Source: Bugula neritina (Eukaryota; Animalia; Bryozoa). From it: a stretch of 64,000 nt of DNA. Positions within the stretch are counted from its first letter, which is position 1, and every line of letters begins with the position of its first letter. The translations under genes were made by a program, and so were the position numbers. Shown here one piece after another: positions 13,301 through 31,870 of this stretch. The notes under the pieces are model-generated. The model was not told where the DNA came from, made no database searches, and saw only the letters and a list, made by a program, of their open reading frames with translations. The DNA is taken from assembly GCA_964035545.1 (NCBI GenBank), contig OZ037773.1:1331751-1395750 (forward strand), written 5' to 3'.

Positions 13301-16013
13301 CTGCTACCAGAGGTGTGTCTATCTATCCACCACTCTAATCAGATATGGGGGGTGCCTTGTGCTTATCCACCACTGTAAGTGTGTGTCATAGGGTACTTTG
13401 TCTGTATCCACCACTGTGTATATTAAGAGATTCTTTGTAATGTGTATCCACCACTGTGTATATTAAGAGATTCTTTGTGATGTGTATACGACACTGTTAC
13501 AGACTGGAGTTCCTGGGAGATGCTGTTCTAGACTACGTAATAACCAGACGGCTGTTTGAAGACAAGAGGAAGCATTCACCAGGAGTTCTCACTGACCTCC
13601 GGTATGACCTTGAACTCTGCATAACACATCCTGTCACCTCACTGTAGTGTGTACCTCACTGTAGTGTATACTGTCACCTCACTGTAGTGTATACTGTCAC
13701 CTCACTGTAGTGTGTACTGTTACCTCACTGTAGTGTGTACTGTCACCTCACTGTAGTGTATACCTCACTGTAGTGTATACCTCACTCTAGTGTGTACCTC
13801 ACTGTAGTGTATACCTCACTGTAGTGTGTACCTCACTGTAGTGTGTACCTCACTGTAGTGTGTACTGTTACCTCACTGTAGTGTGTACTGTCACCTCACT
13901 GTAGTGTGTACTGTCACCTCACTGTAGTGTATACCTCACTGTAGTGTGTACTGTATACTGTAGTGTATACTGTCACCTCACTGTAGTGTGTACTGTATAC
14001 TGTAGTGTATACTGTATACTGTAGTGTATGCTGTATACTGTAGTGTATACTGTATACTGTAGTGTATGCTTGCTGTTGCAGGTCTGCTTTAGTAAACAAC
14101 AATGTGTTTGCTGCCCTTGCAGTAAAGTGGAACTTCCACAAGTACGTCAAGTGCCTCTCCACGCACATGCTCACTGGCATACACAGGTTCGTACAGCACC
14201 AGAAAGCAAGGGGAGACAAGATACAAGCTGAACAGGTAGGCAGGTTCTGTGCTCTGTTATGATGTAATATATTATGTCATGCAGGATACTAGGTTACGTA
14301 ATGTGATGTAATATCTAATAGTACTTGAACTGGAGTTGGCAGAAATTCATGCACTTATGTTTTATTGTTATATTTATATAGATGTGGAAGGAACTCTGTG
14401 TGTCACACCATATTGTAATATATTGTATTGCACTGTATTTTATTATATTGTATTCTACTACATTTTATTGTGTATTGCACTGTATTACATTGCATGTTAT
14501 TGTATTGTGTTATGGTGTATTTCTCATTGACTTATATAATCAAGTCAACAGACCCTGGTGTAAAATATATTGACTTTACATTACAAAGCATAGCCTGTCT
14601 ATTTGTTTGGGCTTATGCTAACCCCTCCCCAACTGTTACATTATAGTACCTCAGACTGAGTGATGAGGGGGAGAGCGATGAGGAAGTGGAGATACCGAAG
14701 GTGCTCGGTGATATATTTGAGTCGGTGGCTGGGGCCATCTACATCGACAGCGGCATGTCTCTAGACGCGACGTGGCGGGTTTACTTCCCTCTCATGCGGC
14801 AGCAGATTGGTGAGTACAGTATTCCCTCTTCAGTTTCCCAAAGGATGATAACTCCATGTCTGTCAGTTGATAAACAAGTAGGGCTTGTTGTTACACTCTA
14901 TTATTCCAGAACATTCCATACCAACATTTCATACACAGATCACATGTTGCTTGTAATTACAAGTGCTTGATGAAATATGCACTGATGGCAAGTTGTTTCC
15001 TGGTACTGGTTATTTCATTCCTCCCTCAAGTATGATACATTCTGAGTCACATATCACTGCTGGTCATCTGTAGAATATATCATATCACTGCTGGTCATCT
15101 GTAGAATATATCATATCACTGCTGGTCATCTGTAGAATAATCACTGCTGGTCATCTGTAGAATATATCATATCACTGCTGGTCATCTGTAGAATATATCA
15201 TATCGCTGCTGGTCATCTGTAGAATATATCATATCGCTGCTGGTCATCTGTAGAATATATCATATCACTGCTGGTCATCTGTAGAATATATCATATCGCT
15301 GCTGGTCATCTGTAGAATATATCATATCACTGCTGGTCATCTGTAGAATATATCATATCACTGCTGGTCATCTGTAGAATATATCATATCACTGTGCCTT
15401 GTAACTGTGGTTAAACTTTTCAGTGTATTTATCTTTCAGTGAGGTTCAGTAAACACATACCCATGTCTCCAGTTCGGGAACTTCTGGAGAGAGAACCAGA
15501 AACGGCCAAGTTTCAGTGAGTACCAGACCTGTACTAGAGATCAGTGAAAGCTAATTGATCTCTCTCTTGATGTGTTAGTATGTCTGTCTGTGTGTGATGT
15601 GTGTCGGACACATTATAAACCTAACAGTCTTCTAAACAGCTGTTTATACTCTTGTCTGTATCACACTATACTACTGTATGTATCACACTATACTACTGTA
15701 TGTATCACACTATACTACTGTATGTATCACACTATACTACTGTATGTATCACACTATACTACTGTATGTATCACACTATACTACTGTATGTATCACACTA
15801 TACTACTGTCTGTGTCACACTATACTACTGTATGTGTCGGACATGAATTTGTATGCTTGCAGACGCCCCGAGAGAACTAAAGATGGAAGAGCCAGGGTTA
15901 GTGTGACTGTAGCTGGGAAGGACACCTGGTGGGGAGTTGGGCGGAGTTATCGAATAGCCAAGTCTGCTGCGGCTAAAAAGGCTTTAATGGCTCTCAATGC
16001 AATGGAGAGTTGA
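4338..16013 (+). CDS. DICER1: Dicer-1 endoribonuclease, 3' portion (RNase IIIa, RNase IIIb, dsRBD); 5' exons lie outside the window
   Basis: Ten phase-consistent GT-AG exons: 4338-4516, 11388-11523, 12203(or 12182)-12306, 12417-12526, 13046-13312, 13503-13601, 14082-14235, 14647-14809, 15440-15515, 15863-16013. Motifs: [114 protein letters not shown]. Catalytic acidic residues are intact. AATAAA at 16460. Confidence 0.97.
4727..5589 (+). mobile_element. Decayed hAT (Charlie-like) DNA transposon deletion derivative
   Basis: TIRs cagtgattcccaac / gttgggaaccactg. Flanks ggctaacc vs ggcgaaca are a degenerate 8-bp TSD. An internal remnant resembles the hAT dimerisation domain ([22 protein letters not shown]). 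Confidence 0.7.
9354..10491 (-). CDS. Atypical Rho-family small GTPase (Rnd-like P-loop), 2 exons, nested antisense in a Dicer intron
   Basis: Exons 10491-10272 and 9841-9354 join in phase 1 (..QYP|VKQL..) to give up to 235 aa. [16 protein letters not shown] (G1), [38 protein letters not shown] (G4), ESSA (G5). Minus-strand AATAAA at 9064-9069. Confidence 0.9.
11550..11850. repeat. tagt/aact-rich minisatellite after the Dicer donor at 11524
   Basis: Direct tandem copies of tagtagttatagtaac variants. Confidence 0.88.
13630..14068. repeat. cctcactgtagtgt(g/a)ta minisatellite filling a Dicer intron
   Basis: Direct tandem copies up to the acceptor at 14081. Confidence 0.92.
15050..15394. repeat. 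31-bp minisatellite (atatcactgctggtcatctgtagaatatatc)
   Basis: About 11 copies. Confidence 0.92.
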
Positions 16014-17605
16014 TGAAGTCTACATGCTCAGACTATACTATATGCATGTGTACCTGCATCTCACTCAGACTATACTATATGCATGTGTACCTGCATCTCA
16101 CTCAGACTATACTGTGTATATGTGTACCTGCGTCTCACTCAGACTATGTATATGTGTACCTGCGTCTCACTCAGACTATACTGTGTATGTATCAGTTTTG
16201 TATCAGTGTCTGGGTGACTTAGTGTGTAATATTCGCTATTTATTAGCCAAATTGACCGATATTGATGCATAGATAAACTTCTTTGCCATCCCAATGTCAA
16301 GACCGATGGTCTATTTAGAGTATAAATGTTGGAGTATAACTGTGTGCTCATGTAATGTTATAAATGCTGGTTGATTAAAACTCACTGACTTGTGCAGTGC
16401 AGTGAATTATAGCACTAGCCCTGCCAGCTAATAATAGCTTTTGGTGAATGTGTTAAAGCAATAAAGTTTTAATGATTGGTGGCATGCCAATACAGTGTAT
16501 ATGTGTACATATTATATTTACATTAACAGAGATATAGATTGTAAGTCTGTCCTTGGCCTCCATTCTTCAACTATTGGAGCATTTCCTGTACAATGGTGTA
16601 ATTTATTCTTTATTATGTCCACATATGTCTGTATGAGTAAATTGGTTTAGTAGGGGAGAATATTTCTCTTTATAGCTTATTTATATTGATCTCACTTTAC
16701 ACTAGTATTTTATACCAGTACAGAAGTTTACACGAGTATATTATACTAGTATAAAGGTACATTAGTATATTATACTAGTAAAGAAGTACATTAGTATATT
16801 ACGCCGTATGCTCCACACTGTATATTTTAGACTAGTCATTGATATCTCATTCAAAGTTACGCTCCAATCATTGTAACATGATTCAGATCTGGGGTTTTTA
16901 TTTCTCATTTATTTATAATTCATAATATTATAAAGATATAAATGTACAGTTTTATCTCATCAATTGTCACTTTTTTCTTTTGCTGTACAAATACCATCTT
17001 GTATGTTATGTATTTATGGCTTTCCTTCAGTCAGTATTCAACACCATGTTTATTGGCTACACATTGAAATACCCTAAAATAAAAGGCTGTGACTTTCAAA
17101 TTTCCAAGTTCACACAGTGACATGAGTGCACAACTTCAAACTACAAAGCAATTTCCATTCACTCACAAAACACTTGGTACAGCGTCTAGACTCTAGATTC
17201 TAGAAAATGATTAAAAATACACCAAATATAACAGCACCATTTTATTGATGGATGCCAATTTACAAATAATTTCAATTTCATCACCACAATATTATATAAG
17301 GATTAATACCACAAGAAGTAATACATATACACTGGCCATCAGTTCTTGAGGAAAGTTTCACAGATTTATGTGTACTTGTCACCAGTTCTTGTGTACATGT
17401 CACAGGCTTATGTGTCCATATCACAGACTCATGTGTACATATCACAGTTTTATGTGTACATATCACAGTTTTATGTGCACATATCACAGTTTTATGTGTA
17501 CATGTAACTCATTATTACTAGTTGCCTTTTGCTTGATTTAAATGCTTCAGTCTTTCTTCATCCCTAAAACAATAATATTCCGAATAGGAACATTGAATGT
17601 GCAAA

Positions 17606-22568
<4,963 letters not shown>

Positions 22569-25500
22569 TTGGTCGTGAGATGTAATTGTAATGGAGAAAG
22601 CATCAGCACATAGCAGGTGTCAGCAGGTGTCTCTAAGTGACAGCAGGTGGTTGCAGGTGTCGATCAGCATTATTTATGCATAACATAGGTGAAGCTGTTA
22701 TAATAAATGTAGGAAAATAGTATCAATTAAGTGCAACTATTAAGCAAAATATTATACCAACAGATAGCAAAGCACTCATGAATGACATTCCATAATCAAA
22801 TTTGTTCATACAATACAAAATCATATGAGAAGTTCACGTTTATAATGCTTGCAGAAATGTTGAAAAACTAAAAAAAACAATTTAAAAACAAATTTGATGA
22901 AATAATTCACCCTTTTGAATCACTCACTTGTTTATACGTATCCTCTCCTAGTGTTCCTTGTTCACTTCTTTCCAGTCTGTAGTCTGTATTGAATGTAGTC
23001 TGTATTGAATGTAGTCTGTATTGGATGTAGTGTGTATTGAATTTGTAGTCTGTATTGGATGTAGTCTGTGTTGGATATAGTCTGTATTGAATGTATTCTG
23101 TATTGGATGTAGTCTGTGTTGGATATAGTCTGTGTTGGATATAGTCTGTATTGAATGTAGTGTGACCTGGATGGAGGAGAAACTGGTAACTTTGCCATCG
23201 AGTAAACAACAGATAAAGTAGTCAAAACACTCAACAACAATACCTCACTTACCACAGCGTCCAGATCTGTCAACATATCCAACATACATCACTATCTGCT
23301 TATATGCTAAGAGCCCTTAATATTAGCAGATTAATGGCAAGTCTGACAGTGTTTAGTGGTAGAAATGGAGACTGGATATAATATGGTGAATGGTTGGAAT
23401 GATTATATAACAGTTAATAGGAATTAATGGTCATGGAATGGTTACAGATTGCTTTGTGAATAGTCCTTTGAGGTTATTGAGGTCTTTCTGAATGTTCATA
23501 AATTATAGCAGATCATATGTTTTTATCCTTCATTGTTGCTCTGCTGTTGAAAGATATTCTATTAGTTTGGTGTTGACAAAAATTTTTGACAGATGCAAAT
23601 TCAAGCCTTTTAAAAATCACCATTTTTTCAATCTATAAAAGAATAAAAATTAGTCTATTTAATTGAAAGGGAGAAACTGTGGTGTAGTGGTTAGAGCCAC
23701 TTAAAGGGCTGGCCCTTAGTAAACGTATGGTGGTTCGCATCTCAGTAAAGGCCATTAATGATGTTAAAAAATGCATTCAGTCATAATTTTTACTTCCCCA
23801 CAATAAAAAACAAATTCTTAGCCCACTTAACAAGCCCTTTCTATTAATCAAGGATTCTCTCAGAGATAGCGACTATAAACCCACGTTAGTTTTTGAGTTA
23901 AGAGCTTTCAGCGCAACTCACCTGGTAGATTTGGATTATAACGAAATATTGGTTTAGACTTCAGATGGAAAGCATTTGTTCTGTTGAAGAGAATTTTCTA
24001 CTTACTACTAATAGCATGAGAGACTGAATGTTGTATAATTATTATGTGTACATACAATGCACCAGACACTTGCAGCCTAGCTACAAACCATTGAGCTAAA
24101 GTTTGCTAGAAACTCACTCTACATTACCCAGGTGCCTCACTTTAGGCATATGTAACAATTAGTTATAAAAGCCAAAGATATGTCTATTTCATTAACCCAT
24201 GTCTTTTCTAATTCCAATGTCTGCTTTTCATGATTACGGACATTTCTTTAGTAGGCGTAGCTCTTAATAACTAAATATGCTAAAGTGTACACAAAGTAAG
24301 AAGCTAAACCTATGAGAAATCTACAGTCATGACGAGCTGGCTATTGTAGCAGAACGGTAGGACAACTCCTTGTAAGCGATCTAGCGTTTATTGAGGACAC
24401 ATGCTTTGCTCGCTGTGATTACGCTCATCCATAGATAAGATTTTTAGAAATTCTTGAAGTAAAAAACGACGCTATAGAAAAGGCCCGTTAACTTTCAAAG
24501 AAATTGAGGTTTTGCTCTATAAATTTACAAACTGGAAAAACCATAACTAGAGTTTTTGTTGGCAAAAACATCGCGATTGTTATCTCTTGAAGAAGCAAGT
24601 TTGTTATTATAATTTTAATATAGTCATACCAGTCATAATAAATATTGTGGTACTGTCGAGCTTTAAGTATGCAGATGCTTACTTGTAATTTTACAGAAAT
24701 TTTAGAATTTTGATTTGATTTTATAAGCGATATAACTGTTAGATTTACACTGCTAGTGTTAGTGTTATAGTTATTGTAAATTATTGCTAATGTTACACAC
24801 AATAATGAATAATTATACTAAATGGGTGTATTTATTCGGATAGAATACTGAATATTTGTACTAATATTAATAGTAATACTTTTTATACTTATATTTATAG
24901 TTTTACTGAAGTTGTAATCACGGTGATGATGATAATGGTAATCATTATGATTATGATGTATAGCATTTGATGATATTTATACTGATAGTGATAGTCATGT
25001 TGATACTCATAATGATAATGGTGCATTTTTAACACAAATCTCCTGATTTTCACCGCGGTAGTGATTTTGATTATGATATTGATCGACTTTTACTTGGATG
25101 TGGGCTAAAAGTTAAGGTTAATCACATGGTTGCTAAAGTAAAAGTTATTTATTTGATTCCATTATTATGATTAGCATTTGATGCAACGTTTCCTACCACA
25201 AATATTATGTAATGGCCATAATTATGAAGTGATAATAATCCTACAATGTCATGATTTTTATTATGATTATAGTTGTCAATAATCAATTCAGTTTTATCAT
25301 TGAGATTGGGGGTTGTTGTTTACTCATTATAATTATTCTCAATTGTAGAATATTTTCAGTTACTGAATAAAGTGTCAACTCTTGAATTAAAATGATCATC
25401 ATCTCTTTGTCAATGTAGTTATTATGGGTTTGATTGTAGCAATTCATAACTTTATTTTTAACATAGTCTTCATGTAATGATTTATGGCATGTAACTTTTA

Positions 25501-25931
25501 CTTTATGATTATTGATTGTCATAAACTATGATGGTATGTAGTGTTTTTCTTTTAGTATGATGAGGCTGAAGCTGAGTATTGACTGCTACTCATATTGAGT
25601 ATCACTATCAGAATCACTATGATCACATTAGTATTACTCGTAGTTGGCTCTCAAATTTTCAGTGTCTCTGAATATCTAATGTTGTATATGTTGGGATTGG
25701 GTCAACTTGTTGTCTAACTTTTACCAAATAGAGTGTTAGCTACTCACAATTTAATTGACATTTATATTGGTAATGATACTCAATATGAATAGTAAAATGA
25801 AGTTTAACTCATTACTTTTATCAGAGTTAGCATTCATGTATCAGTATGCGTGTGCATGTGTATAATATTTGATTCTTTATCGATCATTAATCATGGTAGC
25901 TGAAAGATTTTGACTTGTAGCTATCAGATAT

Positions 25932-26423
25932 GGTGACACGGCTATTCAAACATGTCATTTGAATAGCACTTATTTTGGAAACGGACAATTCACCAGTAGA
26001 CAACTTGAAAATAAACATTTACAGAATGGAAGAATTGGAAAATAGACGTTTGATAAATGAAGAATATTCAACATGGCCTAGTCCGGAGGGGGCGTTCAGC
26101 ATCTGGCCAGTCAGGCCCAAATAGCTTATTGTAGATGTGTGTAATTATAAATTGAAACAATTCGGTACCTAATTCTACAACCATGATTGCCTAACTGATT
26201 CCGTCTTTATATTTATTGTTGAAAGCTATTTTGAACCCGGCCAGATGCTCCTTCGGACTAGGCCATGTTGAATATTCTCCATTTTCCAAATGTCATTTCC
26301 CAAATGTCTATAATTTTTCAATTGCCTATTTGCTAAGTGTCTATTTTCGAGTTGTCTATTGGTAATTTGTCCGTTTTTAAAATAAGTGTTTTCTAAATGA
26401 CATGTTTCAATAGTCGTGGATTC
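25932..26423. mobile_element. MITE with ~190-bp inverted arms and 9-bp TSD (Mutator-like)
   Basis: Arms cacggctattcaaacatgtcattt..gaatattcaacatggcctagtccg and their reverse complement. TSD atcagatat (25923-25931) / atcaggtat (26424-26432). Confidence 0.8.
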
Positions 26424-26975
26424 ATCAGGTATTGATTTTCTGTCACACCATCATTTTAATTATAAATAGACTCACCTTGAATTTTATCATTTTTACTTTA
26501 TAGTCACACCTGCTTAAAAGTTTTTTTTAATTCATTCAATTATATTTATATTATGTGCTGTTACTAGCCTATTTTTATGTCTGAAATAAATGATAAATAC
26601 ATTTATAAATATGAATGAATGTTATTAGCAATTTGTTTAAATATATTTTACGTCAGCTCATACTAATTTACTGTATGTGTAACTATTCAATTTATTGTCA
26701 GCATTATATAAATTTAGCTTTCAGTAATAAGTGGGCCTTATTGCATTCTGATTTATTTAAAATAACTTAATCATTTCACTGTACTGAGAATCAACTTTAG
26801 AAATTTCGATATTTTAAAGAAATACTTTTTCAGCTATGATTTGGTGTAATGAAATACAAATAAAATTTAGTTTTATCAAATCGAATCAAAAATTTTAATT
26901 TTTATACAGTAAGTACTCTATAGATATCGATATAATGTCTTCAAATAATATTTACCTGCATATGTTACAGGTGAA

Positions 26976-29900
26976 ATGTCACTAATAAGACTTATTGCCA
27001 TCGGGGCTGTGGTAATAGGAGGCGCAGCCTACATGGCCTGGCAAATATACAAGTAAGATTTATGTATATTTTATTAAATGTTATATATCATTTCTTGTTT
27101 CTGAAAGCCACCTCTAATAGTGAATAGTGAATACCAGTTGTGATTTACATGTGATGTAGAAAGCGCCAGTTGCTGAACTACCAACACCACCACTATGAAG
27201 GAGGAAAGCCAGCCTATTTTGTTCCTGGAGAAGACGGTGTATTATCTCATGTTAGTGGTTATGATTTTTTTGCTTTTTTAGAATTTTTCTATTTTAAATC
27301 AGCTAATATGTGACCTGGCACCACAAAACAAGGGATGTATATAAAATGTTGAAAACTTAGTTATTATTATGAATTGATAGAATAGACTTTTTTGAACATT
27401 TTGCACTTTATTTGAAGTCTCTAGCATAAATAGAACTCGAGATATCAGTATTTAAAAACTTTAACGTTTTTAGAATTTCTAACTTACTGTTTCGAGAAAA
27501 TCGCATTTAAAGTTGGCAACTCTAGAATAAGTTGAGAATTGTTTGTTTACAATTTACAAGCCTTAGCAACGGGTCTTTGTATAATAGGAATAGTGACAAA
27601 TTTGGTATCAAAATAATTGTAAAAGTTTGGGCTTTCTGTTAAACTAAATTTCATGCTGCCTCAACATAAAATTAGGTCAAATATGGCCGCCAAACTTTTT
27701 TGTCTAATTTATTTGTCAATTCGCTTTTTACTTTGTTTAATGGTTGAAAGGTTTAACAATTCCAGCAAAGAAGAGAATGTTTTAGCAAGTTTGTGTGTTG
27801 AGATATTTAAATTAGGCATCTAAGTCAGCAGGAAGTCATATAAAACAAAATGGCAGCTGCTTCCTCTTATACATTGAATATCTTCCTTTCCTCTAATATA
27901 TTGTGTAATATAAAACTGCAGCTATTGAGCTGTGCTGTTTCATAATTATTGCTTAATGAGTAGAACACTTATGAGAAAATTATTTTACTATTATGAGATC
28001 ATGCGAGATTTATTCATAAATATCTTTATAATCTCTAACGGCAACTAAATTTAGCAATTGATTTGGCTGAGATGTTGAAAATATAAACATAAAATCAGCT
28101 AACAGAACTTTTGAGTTTTATTAGGCATTAATATTCACATTTAAAACATCAAATACATTATTTTAAAAAACCAATTAAATGCAGTAAAAAATCCAGCCTG
28201 GATACAACCATTATGCTTGAATTAACTCTTATCAAGAAAAGAAAATAAGGTCGCTTTTATGGTTTTTGCAAAAAAGGCACTTTTCATCTTTCTACTTCCT
28301 TGGTCTTCATAATATGAGTTTACGGAGTATGGACACATAACATCATGTATGTGGCAAAAGCTTCATCACTATCATCAGCTGATTTTCTAGCAATTATAGA
28401 TGCTGCTACTTGACATCCATCCTGCCAATCTACCCACTTATTGTCTATTCCAGAGCTGGAAGTACAATGTTGACTTTTTTTAGATAACAAAAGAAAACCG
28501 TAGCTTGATTAGAAATTATACCCAGTTATATTATAAAAATTTAGTTGGCTAAACACTTTTGTGGTACTATTATGGCAGCAGTTAATTGTGATCCTGCATT
28601 TTATCAACGTTTAAATTTATTAAATTAAACAGAACAACTTAAATTAAAAAAATTCTTGATAATTTTCAAGCACATCATTAAAAGACTGCAAACCTTTTTA
28701 TGAATGAAATAAGCAGAAGCCATAACCTTGCAAGCCAAAATTCAGTGTGTCTACATTAGAAGTATTAGATTGATAGGTAGTAGAGTTGTGTAGGTATAAG
28801 TCTTCACTCTAATGCCCTCGCAAGTCCACTTTCTAAAATGTACAGAATATCGGATTATTCTATATTAACATAGTATTATCAGTAAAATTACACATTATAC
28901 ACTTGAATATCTAGCATATCTGCAATTGGCAATTTTGAAGCAATGTCTTTCGATAACTATTAACCACTCAGGCATTTAATTGAGTAAAAAAGCTAGCTAA
29001 GTGCAACTGAATCTATTAAAGACATTTACTATAAAATCAATTTGAATTCAATAAATTACTTTAAAATATGAATAAATTTTTGCTCATCTTATAATAAAAT
29101 TAAAAAGTTTAGACTCTTTATGCATTCAGTTAGTGTTACTACTCACTAAATAATACTAAAAGTAACTTACTGAAAAACTAAGTCAGTCAACTATAGAATC
29201 ATCATGAACTCGCATTAATATTCCATCATTATACTCATTTACATTTAGTCACATGTATCATTTCAATTTGGTTATAGGTGATGCTTTTATCAATATAAAT
29301 ATAATTATCAATTGAGTTTTGACAGTAACTGTAAGCCTGCATAATGTGATAAAGATTTTATCATTATATTTTAAATCAACCTTTGAGCTAATTTAAAAAT
29401 CACAAAAGAAACCGGTAGTTCGACTAGTATGCCTAATGTTAATAGTAATAGTAATCAGTAACCGTATTGACAAAATCTAAGACAGAGGCTAAAAGTAAAA
29501 GTTACTAAGAGCAAGTCCAATGTAAATTGAAAAATCAACTATAGAATAAATCAATAAATATAATACTATCACTATCAGTATGAGTATCAAGTTTTAAGAG
29601 CAAAGGCGAAACTCAGAGTCAGACTCAAATAGTGAATTTATAATTATTAATTACTTATAGTTATACTATTAAATTTAATATTAATGAGCTACATTTGGTT
29701 TTACTACCAAATGCCAGTATCAGTAAATCATGAATGGTATTCATTATGATTATCATTATGAGTAACCGTACCTCAAACTGTGAGTCATAGTGAGAGTCAT
29801 TTAAATAGTTACTAGTATAGAAATAAAATAGAACAGACTAACTCGAAGACATACTCCTAGTCCTAGTCATAGTGTCAGTGATGGTATAAATTATATTAAT

Positions 29901-31171
29901 AAATTGATAACTACAAATGATCTTGGCAACAATTCTAAGTTAGTAGCGTAAATGATTGTTTTGAGTATAATTACCTGTATTGTTGTGATTTTCAAGCTTG
30001 AACGCTAAAGATAAAGATTAAGTTCAGCATTTATCACCAAAAGGGCAAAACAGCTCAGTAACTTAAAAGCTAACTTTGGATGGAACACGATGAAAAACTA
30101 AAACTAGCCTTCGATCTTAAATACGATGCTTCTGACAATACGAACAAAGAGGTGTAAGCTAAATTTATTTGATAAAAAGAAAATTTGCAAGATCTCACGC
30201 TATGAAAATGACTAAAATTGTCTTCTTTCTTTAATTGATAACTTCGCAATTTTTTCATCATTTAAAAAGTTGAAAGCCTTAGTTACCAACTTTAAATGCA
30301 ATTTTAGAGCTGAAGGAATCATCAAATGCCTACGAAAGTATGATTTTTGAAATCCTTGGATTTTTTTGTATTAGAATAGTTCAAAATCTAAAAATTGGAA
30401 ACTAATTTCAAATTTAAGTATTTCCAAATTAAACCTTCATTTACTACACTTTATAAACGCCGCCACATCCCCGGTTTTGTCGCGACTGGTCACATATTTG
30501 CAACGAGCCAGTCTATTCAATGTGAAGTTATGCTCTTTGTATTATAATGTAGGGGAGCATAAGTGCTCAAGTTATTTGAAATATATAAATTGTGTTCTTG
30601 TATTCACAAAGACGCTTTGTTTATAGACCAACTTCTTCTAAATTTCTTTGTTGTGCTTCTATATTTATGTTAAATTATCAATATATAACCTACATGTAGG
30701 TTATATATTTAAATTAATATATATATACATTTAAATATATCTTTACGGCTAGCAATTTGATTGAAAATAAGTAAACGAGAAATGTTTTGTTTTTATTACT
30801 TTATTAATTAAAGTAAAATGATATTTCAATCACCACTGTGTAAGTACATTGGTGACTGAAATATAAGTTTACCTTGATTAATAAAATGGTGAAAGCAAAA
30901 TGTTTCTCGTTTACTTATTTGTCGTATGTATGTATGTGTTCAAAGGGTGTGTATGTGCCTGTGTTATATATGTACATTTAAATTGGCTTTATTCTGTGTT
31001 GAAATGTTTTAGGAAGAGTGTGCTATATGTCTCAATGAAATGAATATTACTGGAAAAAATCACAAACTACCTTGCCATCACACATTTCATGAACATTGCA
31101 TAAAAATGTGGGCTAGGTATGATCGCACCTGCCCGCTTTGTAGACGAGAGTTTCGGGTCTTCGGTCTATGA
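26976..31171 (+). CDS. Small (~104 aa) N-terminally membrane-anchored RING-H2 protein, putative E3 ligase
   Basis: Exons 26976-27052 (MSLIRLIAIGAVVIGGAAYMAWQIYK), 27160-~27238 and ~31013-31171 (ECAICLNEM..KLPCHHTFHEHCIKMW..RTCPLCRREF, C3H2C3). The exact exon 2/3 junction is ambiguous by a few nt. AATAAA at 31520. Confidence 0.85.
27307..30496. mobile_element. 3.2-kb TIR DNA element, superfamily unassigned, filling most of RING gene intron 2
   Basis: Termini tatgtgacctggcaccacaaaacaagggatgt and acatccccggttttgtcgcgactggtcacata are imperfect inverted repeats. No intact ORF. Confidence 0.7.
30765..30920. repeat. 156-bp hairpin / small MITE
   Basis: aaataagtaaacgagaaa..ttattaat..atatttcaatcacca pairs with tggtgactgaaatat..attaataa..tttctcgtttacttattt. 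Confidence 0.8.
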
Positions 31172-31609
31172 AAGTGTAAATCATGCAGACCAAATACTGT
31201 ATAGTTTCATTCTTCTAATTTATTTATAGTATAAGCAATTATTTTATAATCCATGTATATATTAAAGTCTCTGGCAAATCAGATCCATTGACTCCAACAG
31301 TTTAATGATTGCCAATACTTTTCTGTATGTAGTTGTATTTTCAGTCCTTTTGACTATCAGCTGTTTTGTTTATTTAACTGACAATGTGACAGACTATATT
31401 TTTATATAAATATTGCTAAATATTACCTGCACACTGTTACCTGCACATTGTTACTCTGTGCGATTACCTATGTGTATAGATGTTATTTTATGAACTCTAT
31501 AATGATGTGCCATACATTAAATAAATCATAAAGTATGTGTCTAATTCAAAAGTGAAGACTTTATTTGTTGATATGATTAGTTTATAACTCTTATAGTAGC
31601 AATAGTAAA

Positions 31610-31860
31610 TCTACCAATAGTCAAACTACTACCAATAGTTAAACTACCACCAATAGTTAAACTACCACCAATAGTTAAACTACCACCAATAGTTAAACTA
31701 CCACCAATAGTCGAACTACTACCAATAGTTAAACTACCACCAATAGTCAAACTACTACCAATAGTTAAACTACTACCAATAGTTGAACTACTACCAATAG
31801 TTGAACTACCACCAATAGTCGAACTACTACCAATAGTCGAACTACTACCAGTAGTTAAAC
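31610..31860. repeat. ~18-19-bp minisatellite (aaactaccaccaatagtt) in the 3' UTR of the prokineticin-like gene
   Basis: Direct tandem copies starting ~10 nt past the minus-strand stop. Confidence 0.9.
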
Positions 31861-31870
31861 TGTAGAAACA

